Below, one piece after another: positions 54,640 through 64,000 of a stretch of 64,000 nucleotides of DNA. The notes under the pieces were generated by a model. The model was not told the DNA's origin and did no database searches. It was given only the letters and a program-made list of their open reading frames with translations. The stretch is from Octopus vulgaris (Eukaryota). Within the stretch, counting starts at the first letter, position 1. Every line of letters begins with the position of its first letter. Position numbers and translations under genes: made by a program. The DNA lies in assembly GCA_951406725.2 (NCBI GenBank), contig OX597830.1:60946001-61010000 (forward strand). Direction: 5' to 3'.

Positions 54640-55054
54640 CTTCACTGTTCATTATTTATATTTGACGAATATTTGTCCTCATCTTGCTTATTGTTAACAC
54701 AACTCTTCGGCTGATATACCCTCCAGCCTTCTTCAGGTGTCTTGGGGAAATTTCAAACCTGGGTTCTTATTCCTAGGGTACTTTTCGATGTTTTTATTAT
54801 TATTATTCAGGTCACTGCCTGAAATTGAACTCGGAATCTTGGGGTTAGTAGCCCGCGCTCTTAACTACTATGCTATATGCCCTTGGGCAATTATGGAGTG
54901 ACATTTAGGGCTTATAAATCTAATATTTTGCTATCCTTCCTTAATACCGGTTCCCATATGCTATTCACATCTGCACTCGGTCTGCTTAGAAGGTCGCCGT
55001 GTCCTAGCATATGTGCTGCTTCTTTTAGTTTTCGTATTTTCCGGTGGTGTTCTC
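54640..55054 (-). mobile_element. Penelope-like element 3' end carrying a tRNA-like unit and hammerhead core
   Basis: 55052-54912 encodes EHHRKIRKLKEAAHMLG..LLSRPS..SIWEPVL..* (PLE GIY-YIG C-terminus). tRNA-like segment at 54882-54809; hammerhead core at 54740-54697. Confidence 0.75.
54697..54740 (-). ncRNA. Minimal type I hammerhead ribozyme-like motif (mutated in this copy)
   Basis: ACAC-CUGAAGA-A-GGCUG(10-nt loop)CAGCC-GAAGAGUU-GUGU. Helices I and II pair; GAAAC is altered to GAAGA. Confidence 0.65.
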
Positions 55055-55599
55055 ACAGGGGGAGCTGGTCTCACTGTTGTTCGAAACAGCAACATCAAGT
55101 TGATAAAATAAATATTAAACAACAAAATCATTGCCTCCAATGGGAGAGATTTTGCGGAGTTCCTCCTCCAAACTGCCAGAGATAGACTCTCAGTACAGAT
55201 TGGGTTCACGAACACACACAGTTGTCGAAAGGAAATTTTTCATTTGAGTGTGGCTCGTTTAGAAAAATGCTTAATAGAAATGATTTGTAAAAGTCTCTCA
55301 AAGCTTCCAGCTTAACTAATGAGGAGACTGAATCAATTAATTTCGTCGATAATCAAAGAGAGTAACATTTCTTAATTTATTATTTTTTTTGTGACTGAAT
55401 TGGCTGTTCTTAGAGTCGGGCTTCTAAATGTGCGCACAGCAACAATAACAACTTTCTCAATCTCTTTATTACGCAGTCCTCCAATCCATTAATTACATAT
55501 TTCTCCAAATAAAGAATGAGAGGTTGATGAAGTTGGTTGATGGCGAGAAGGACCTCAGAAGTGTATAAAAATATCGTAGATAGAAGGGTTTTGAAAGCT

Positions 55600-58180
55600 C
55601 CTCACCCCGAAAGGCCTCTATCCTCCTATTTAAGTGGTTTTACTTAACGCAGGAAATACAACTCCACATGGTATTGGGTCATCGAGGAAGTTGGAATACC
55701 TGCTAAATGACTCAAGGTCACTATATCTGGATGTGATAACCATCAGTGAAACCAGGATTCCCGTGACAAACTCGGCCGAATTCCTTCTAAGTGTCTATAA
55801 AGCTTACGCCGCCTTCGATTGATTGACATGGATCGAGTGCGTTTTATTGTTGCTGTTCGGAAAGGTTTGGATTTAGATATAAACGCAGTTTTCTTAGATC
55901 TAGATGGTAAATCGATGGCTCTGGACATGGATAGCAGTTACGGCGATGGTGGAAGCCAAAAAATTAGAAGACATTGACGCCCCACAAGAGTAGGCAGACC
56001 AAATTCTTTTAATCGTCTAGAACCCTTCGGAACGTCTCATTAATTAGTGTTGTTAGACATCTAGAATGATATTTTGAACACATGCAGTACTTCTTTGGAA
56101 CAGCTGACTAAAGGGAGGGGTGCAAAAGCATCATAAACCTTCTCAGGCACTTCCAGCTGTCTGACAGATTTCGCCTTGGTATTCTGAATGCGCCATTGTA
56201 TACTTGAAGAAATCATCGGGCCATTCAGGTCGCATTTAGATAGAGTTTTCATTAGACTAGCAGATGCTATCAATACAGATTGCCCACTGTTTCCGATGGT
56301 TGGCTACATGGATTACAAAACTGTGACCTGCGTTGTCAACTTAGAACAAATAGACAAGGACCTGATCACTGGAAGTTGATGGCATCATTTCGGACTCTTC
56401 AGAGCTTAGTGAACTAGTTAAATGAGAATTGACAAGAGGTATCCTCAACAATAGGAGGATGTTACAAAGAGTAACAATAGAGAATAGCGTTGTAGAGAAG
56501 GAAATTTTCAGAAAAAGTTCATATACGGGTCATCGCAAATAGCATTCCGTACTAAGGCGTGAGTGCTGGAATCAGGACATGAACTCTACTCTGTTCAATG
56601 AGCCCGACTGGTGGAGGTATAACATGGTAACAAAGTCCCAAGTCTATGACAGACGTATAGTTTCCGATCCGAAACCGATTGTGCCGCCTGTCAGTAGGTA
56701 CTTGGCCTGGCTGTTCACATGAGCTGTAGACCAAAGACAGCGGACTGTAATGCTTACCTCGACAGCTTGATGCGACACTCGAATAGCGAGGTGGAGTGCG
56801 GCGGAAAGCTGATTCTACCGACGAAGAGTCAGACACAGTGAACCGCTGTGCGAGGTACAAGGAGAGGGGGTTCAACAACCTTTATTTCCACATGCCAGAC
56901 CTGTTTGCTTCTGTCTTATCAGCCATCTGTTGCACTTGGCAGCAAACTGGTGTATGTATTCTGTATAGATAGAAGATGAGCGGTAACTGAATACTCTACT
57001 GAATAAGGACGCAAAAAGGAAGACGTGATAGAAAGCTTCAGGCCTGTAATCCTTCCCAACTGAATTAAATACTTTGGCAAAGGTGCTCGCCACGAGGCTA
57101 GCAGTTGTCGGGAGTGTTGTCAGAGAGGTGCAACCTTTGCGATCCATGATAGATCTATTCACTACGACCTCTCTACATAGAAGTACGAATCGACTATAGC
57201 TGTAACTTCGAAGAGCGCTTGTCCGTCTATTGAGGATGGATTACTTCAAGGTTACAATGGAATATATTCGGTGGTCAAACTAATCAACCATCCCTCGGAA
57301 CTGTTTAGCATCAAACGCTCAGTCTGTCGAGGTTGCCCTCATAGGGGAATTGAGTCTTGGAAGTATCCTGTGCAAACTGATTAACAGGAGAACTGTGTCT
57401 GCATACACACTGTCAAAGCATCGGACACTTCCGATACAGAAGTAGTCGACAATATACTCGAAGAGTAGCTGGAAGACAATTCGGTGGGCTTGCATCTCAG
57501 CATCTAGAGAGGTATGTCTATGTCGGAAAACGACGTTTTCTGTCGCTGTACCTCTAGGGGAGTAGAAATTAGGAAGAGATCGCAAGCAAGGTAGCTAATC
57601 TCTTTCAGAAATGGAGGAAGTTGTTTCTGAAATGTTAGATGGAAAATGGGTTACGTCCCATATTGTCTAACCGTCGTACCTTGTCCAAGAAACATATGAT
57701 CGGACCGGGGCGCTTAATTTCACGCTTTTCATGGAAGGGACAAATTCCACTAATCAGGAAATCTATCTATTGTCAAAACTGACACTGTGGTGGCTTCAGG
57801 ATGTCGCCTCAGATGGTGCGTAAGTACGCACTGTGGCTGATGCATCTACCGAAATATCTTGTCCATTGGGACCGTGATAACTGCAACGAAAACCGTGAAT
57901 ATGAACCTGTGTGACATCGCTTTCTGTAGTTTGTCTCTTTGATCGAGCGACAGTCATAGGTTAAACGTTGATTGAAGTTGGATGCTTGGTGTCTAGAGTT
58001 TTGCCATGCACTCACAGCACTCTACCAACTGGACAACTTCATCGAAAGGAGAACGGTAAATTTGAGGAATATGTACAACAAAAGCACATACAAAGAAAGG
58101 GGACATCGAACATGCTCTTCCAAAGTTGGCATGAGGAAGCCACAAGGTGCAAACCATGCCATAATTTTATAAATGTTCGA
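55600..58180 (+). mobile_element. Heavily decayed L1/Tx1-clade ORF2 (APE-RT)
   Basis: LDVITISETR, RSHLDRVFIR, TLLNKD, TLAKVLATRL, IKRSVCRGCP and WKGQIPLIR remnants in order. The Thr-rich region at 53900-54600 may be its ORF1. Confidence 0.65.
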
Positions 58181-58249
58181 TGTTCAATTCTCTATTTCAT
58201 TTATTCTTCGCCCAACACATCGATACTGAAAATTGGTAGCGTAAATTCT

Positions 58250-58661
58250 CTCTCTCACTCTTTTACTTGTTTCAGTCATTTGACTGCGGCCATGCTGGAG
58301 CACCGCCTTTAGTCGAGCAAATCGACCCCGGGATTTATTCTTTGTAAACCCTGTACTTATTCTATCGGTCTCTTTTGCCGAACCGCTAAGTAACGGGGAC
58401 GTAAACACACCAGCATCAGTTGTCAAGCAATGCTAGGAGGACAAACACAGACACACAAACATATACACACACATACATACATATATATACATATATACCA
58501 CAGGCTTCTTTTAGTTTCCGTCTACCAAATCCACTCACAAAGCATTGGTCGGCCCGGGGCTATAGCAGAAGACACTTGCCCAAGATGCCACGCAGTGGGA
58601 CTGAACCCGGAACCATGTGGTTGGTAAGCAAGCTACTTACCACACAGCTACTCCTGCGCCT
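58250..58661 (-). mobile_element. SINE family A, full length
   Basis: Complete reverse-complement match to family A. Confidence 0.92.
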
Positions 58662-59814
58662 ATTGTTCGCATTGGGTTAGCATGGATATGAAATCACTTG
58701 TTTATGACATTATGTCTTTATGTTTTAAACAATCAACCAGACCAGAATTTCCAGATGCACCCCCACGTACTGCTGCTTGGCAACTACGAGGTACATGCAT
58801 ATTTCGACCAGTTGTTTTGGAGAGCTTGATCTCCTGGTAAGGACGATTAGCTTGAACTGATATTGCTGCAAGTCATCTGGCAGTGAGTAGCAGCAAAAGT
58901 AACGCCTTCACTGTTTATATCCCGAAAGGATGGTCAAATATAATCCAGTGCCTAGAAGCATACTTTGGAATAACGGACGACTAGAATATAATCGTGGATG
59001 AACGTTATTTGCTATGTAGAAATAGCCAACAACTGAGTGAGTGTAGAAATTTCCCATGCACACACAACTTCAACTGTTTTATAAGAACCAACTGGATTTT
59101 CTCAACGCTCCAATGTGAACTAGGACAGAGTGTTTATCGATTAACGGCTAAGAATAATAAGATAGATTGTTTACAATTCCGGCAGATCGGCTCCGGAGAC
59201 CACAAGTTAGTGATCTCCCCGATCAGTCTAGATAGAACGAACGCATAGACAGGGACTCCGTTACTAGAATCTGAACGCATCGTTCCTGACGCAGAAAGCC
59301 TACAGATTAGTGAGTCAGCAAGGATGATCGTCAATAACTGGCAGTGAGTTGTAAGAGTAGAGTGGATAGGATATATAGCAAAGAATTTCCAATAAGAATC
59401 AACGGATTAAGTAGCGAACTAGTCAGCAGATTTGAGTAGGCGATTTGAAAAGTTATTGTGACTGATGCTCCCGTGGCGAAAATGGTATTTGATCATTTCT
59501 TCAGAGAAAGAAGTTTTAAAACCTTAGCTGCAGTAATCCGATCCTGTTTAACACTACCGCCTGGTATCCGAGGGCTTTAAGTAAAGTATATCTTGCTGAA
59601 ATCCTTCGCAAAGGTCTCCATTGTAAGGACACCTTTCTCCCTTTCAGCCACGAATCTCGGACGCCCTGTAAAGAGTAACAAGCATTACTCTATTTTTCTT
59701 CGAAGCGGTAAATAAAACAACCTAAGTCCAAGGCCGTAGTGACCTCTGTCGGTAAAATTTATGCAATGAATTTTTCTCGGACTCTGTTTTATGTGTTACC
59801 TCGATCTACCCACA

Positions 59815-59821
59815 ACACACA

Positions 59822-59901
<80 letters not shown>

Positions 59902-59965
59902 CACACGCACGCACGCACGCACGCACGCACGCACACACGAATGTACGCACGCACACACACACATA
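59815..59965. repeat. (GCAC)n tetranucleotide microsatellite
   Basis: Direct inspection. Confidence 0.97.
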
Positions 59966-59984
59966 CAAACCTACACATAAACAC

Positions 59985-61936
59985 TGTAGAGAAGGAAGGC
60001 GATCTACCAGACATGCCAGGGTAGACGTATGACATAGAGCTGACCAACTTAAACATTTCTGTGGAAAAAGTTCACAAGCAGCTGACAAGCCTGAAGATTG
60101 CCAAGGCCCCAGGACCGGATGGAATCAGCCCACGCATACTTTCCGAGCTATCGGATCTACAGAAAATCAATGGAGACAAGCAAAATCCCTGACGAGGGAA
60201 CTGCTAACGTCTCCCCATATTCAAGAAAGGGAACCGTTTTGCGGTCAACAACTAAAAGGCCAGTAAGCTTGATCTGCGTACTGTGCAAGGTGATGGAGGT
60301 GTTTGTTTCTTGAGCACATCACTGAACACCTGCGGCGAAACGACCTCATCAACCAAGAACAGCAGGGGTTCACAAAGGGCAGATCATGTGTGATGCATGG
60401 GTTCACAAAGGGGAAATCATGTGTGACGCAACATCTTCACGTTCTTGACATCTGGACGGAGGCATTGGATGCAGGGGGAGGAGTCGATGCGATCTACATG
60501 GATTACACGAAAGCGTTCGACAGCGTCCCACATTGTAGGCTTGTAGCCAAAGTAGAAGCTCACGGTATCAAGGGAAATGTCCTTCGGTGGATCCGAGACT
60601 TCTTGAGTCACCGGTCACGACGAGTCTGTGTCAACGGCGTGAAGTCAGAGTACTATTTCTCATGTATATAAACGATCTGCCTCGGCATGTCCAGAACCAT
60701 GTCAGGTTATTTACTGATGACACAAATATCTTCGCAAGGAATGACGTTGATGTGACCATGGCAACGCTGCAAGACGAACTGGCAAATGCGGTTCCATCCT
60801 GTGAAGTGTTCCGTCTTGAGAGCGTGGAAGACGGACAGGAAATACTACATGAGAGGCCAGGATGCACAGGTGGAACGGACTGTGGTGGAACCAGCAGAAA
60901 GTGAGGTGGAGGGGGATCTTGGCGTCTTGATCGACAAAGGGCTGACCTTCAGGAACCACATAAACCAAGCAACTGCAAAAGCAAATCGAATCCTATAACT
61001 TCATCACCCCTGTTGCCTTCGTCCAGCAATACAAGTCTGTAGCTCACCCGATTCTTGAATATGGACACACAGTTTGGCAATCCCAACGGCAATGTGTTGC
61101 GAGTTGGAGGATGTTCAGAGGCGTGCCACCAAACTCATTGCATCCTTGAAAGAAAAGCCATATCCAGAGCGCTTGGCTGCACTAAATGTCTAGTTTCGAA
61201 CATCGCCGTCTCAGGGGGTATATGATAAACATGTATAAGTATACGCACTGCCTGTACCTGACCAACCACCCCCAATTCAACAACTTCCAAGGCAGAAATA
61301 CGTGAGGACACAGCCTGAAATTGGAAAGATCACACTGCAGGCTCAACATTAGAAGCTGCTTTTCCGTACAGCGTGTAACCGCCATCTGGAACAGTCTGCC
61401 AAACAGTGTGGATGCAACTCCATCAGTCAATGCCTTCAAGAACAGGCTTGACGCACACTGGAGGGAGCTTCCTGCAAAATTTGACCATGTCTGTTACTAT
61501 TAGCTACGTGGAGGCACATGGCCTAGTGGTTAGAGCAGCGGAATCGCGGTCAAGGGATCGCGGGTTCGAATCTCATACCGGGTGATGTGTGTGTTTATGA
61601 GCGAAACACTTAAGCTCCACGCGGCTCCGGCAGAAGGTAATGGCGAAACTTCTACTGACTCTTTCGCCACAACTTTCTCTCACTCTTCCTTCCTGCATCT
61701 TGCAGCTCACCTGCGATGGACCAGCGTCCCATCCAGGTGGGGAACCTATACGCCAAGAAACCGGGAAACCGGCCCTTATGAGCCAGGCATGGCTCGAGAA
61801 GGAACAAACAACAAACTATTAGCTACAACTGTCGAAGTGTTGTACCACACATGACAAATCAATTGAACTAGTGGAAAAGGACCTGTGAACAAGCTCCTAG
61901 GAGCTTCAACACGGAAACCATCAAGTATCCAGTATA
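59985..61936 (+). mobile_element. CR1-clade LINE, 5'-truncated, RT pseudogene
   Basis: APGPDGISPRIL, RPVSL, QGFTKGRSC, YMDYTKAFDSVPH, LFTDDT and FSVQRVTAIWNSLP..FKNRLD. 3' UTR palindrome AAGCTCCTAGGAGCTT (61891-61906) and TCAAGTA-like tail. Confidence 0.92.
61508..61814 (+). mobile_element. SINE family C inserted at the CR1 stop codon
   Basis: 12-bp TSD ACTATTAGCTAC (61496-61507, 61815-61826). Confidence 0.93.
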
Positions 61937-61979
61937 AAATCATACTCATACATGTATATGTCGTGCATATGTATGTATG

Positions 61980-62084
<105 letters not shown>

Positions 62085-63198
62085 CTAGTAATTTCCTTAA
62101 TCTTTCTTCTCTCTCTCTTTCTGTGGTACGTTTGAAGTTCATTCCTCCTGTTTGTTTAATTCGCATAAACATCAAGTTATGACGGCAGCTACTGTTGTAG
62201 TCGCGGGATTAAATAGTTTGCTTTTATAAACTAAAATCGTTCCGCCTAGATTCGCGGGTGTCTATTTAAGCTTCCCAACTTATATTCACCCAGTAGAGCA
62301 CCATGAATATAGTATTCATTCATTTTCTAAGACAGTTTTATTTATTGATAATTTATAAAGTCATCTTTTCATTCCTGTTACCGTTCCTAGCCATACCAAC
62401 CATACCTGATGTCAACAACTGCTAAATATTGCGTGGCTTAACGAGTCACGGTCTTTAGTTCAACAGTGGATGAGAAGGTGAGTACTCATTGGAATATTAG
62501 ATATTAAATTGTGCTAAATAGTCCATATTTTGTTTGTGTTGTACATTTGAAATCTATTTTTCAGATTTGTTTAATTCGTGTAGATATTAAGTCATGGCAC
62601 CGACTACCTTCTATCCTTTGTTCATTCTAACTGCGACATGACGTCGCTAAATCATTACGCACATTCCCATTCGCAGAAAAAAATTGCTCTGGGATAAATA
62701 TAAAGAATTCTATTGTTAGTAAATAGACATAGATATCAACATAGAGAATATTGGTGGAATATTCCCAACGAAACTTCTACCGAGGGCAATCATAACAGGA
62801 CTGATATTGCGTTTTGGGTACAGGAAAAGAAATACCATGTACAGTGAAAGAAATTAGTTGCTCTGTAAACATCTCTTCCAAAATCAGTGTGAAGCAGAAT
62901 ATTTATGGATAATTGCTTCGAAACTTGCTAAGATTTTGGGGTTTACATGCACTTTACAGATACGATCTGAACCTGGAATACTAAAGTATGCAGGATTTTT
63001 TTAACGTCTAATTATGTAACACTTGTCATTGTTTTTATCCAAATTCCAACGATGGACCTCTTGGTCCTTTGTTAGAAAACCCACAACTTCTTTCTAAAAA
63101 GAATTATAATAATAAGAGACGTACATATATACATACACACATGCGCACACATACACATAAATATGTATCAAAGTGCATAAAATGAAGGTATCACTGCG

Positions 63199-63424
63199 GC
63201 GAGCTGGCAGAGTGGTTAGCACGCCGGGCGAAATGCGTACCCGTATTTCGTCTGCCGTTACGTTCTGAGTTCAAATTCCGCCGAGGTCGACTTTGCCTTT
63301 CATCCTTTCGAGGTCGATAAATTAAGTACCAGTTACGCACTGGGGTCGATATAATCGACTTAATCCGTCTGTCTGTCCTTGTTTGTCTCCTCGGTGTTTA
63401 TCCCCTTGTGGGTAGTAAAGAAAG
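63199..63424 (+). mobile_element. SINE family B, full length
   Basis: Box A TGGCAGAGTGG, box B GAGTTCAAATTCC; 13-bp TSD AGGTATCACTGCG (63186-63198, 63425-63437). Confidence 0.93.
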
Positions 63425-64000
63425 AGGTATCACTGCGATGTTTGTTCCGGATCTTTGCGTTCTTGGTTCAAATTTCTCCTAGGTTAACTTTTCCGGGTTG
63501 ATAACTAAATTCCAAGTTCAGTGTTGGTGTAGGTCTCTCTCTCTCCCACCAGCTTTCACATTCATTCACTCACACTCATTCACTCATTCACTCACTCACT
63601 CACTCACGCACTCACTCTCACACACGCATAAGCATTATTACATATTTCTTGTACAGCAATGAAAGTCAGGTTTTTTTTTAAGGGAATAGTTGAAGAGAGG
63701 ATGTGACAGTCACGTGATTACAAATATTAGTGATACATGAGGAAAGAAAAGCAAACATACAACTAGAAATTCAAACTTTTAATGGATTACCTTTGCACGA
63801 TGTCGCTTATCACAAAGTCAAACAAAAAGTGTTTGTAATAAAATGTTAAACACTTCTTCGAAAATGAATATCTTCCATTTGAAATACCGGCCACACACAC
63901 AATTTTTATTTTAAAATTTATCTGGATGTAAGAAAAATGTAAATATATATCTAACCGTATTTCAATCATATTTAAATATTCATACGTATACACACGCTTA

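Noticed and set aside
58680-59640. Possible decayed PLE on the minus strand (VYAF..LIGEIT)
   Set aside because: One weak motif only.

Overview
This is repeat-saturated eukaryotic non-coding DNA. The SINE families, (TA/CA/TAA/TATG)n load and TE mix resemble an octopus genome (inference). No intact host gene is evident, and almost all ORFs in the track are microsatellite artefacts or TE relics. The window holds three tRNA-headed SINE groups (labelled A, B and C here) and decayed non-LTR elements (Dong/R4, RTE, CR1-like, L1/Tx1). It also holds Penelope-like elements (PLEs), Tc1/mariner transposons (one near-complete DD34E copy), a three-copy Merlin-like MITE carrying TTAGGG repeats, and a Helitron 3' end. 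The most interesting locus is 54640-55054 (-), where a PLE GIY-YIG C-terminus is followed by a tRNA-like Pol III promoter and a minimal hammerhead ribozyme core. Other degenerate hammerhead-like cores lie in mini-elements embedded in (TA)n. A LINE 3' tail covaries structurally with the SINE-A tail. There is also a candidate spliced 5' gene end (ATG|GT at 19800 plus a 60-nt exon at 21346). All calls were made by eye, without database searches.
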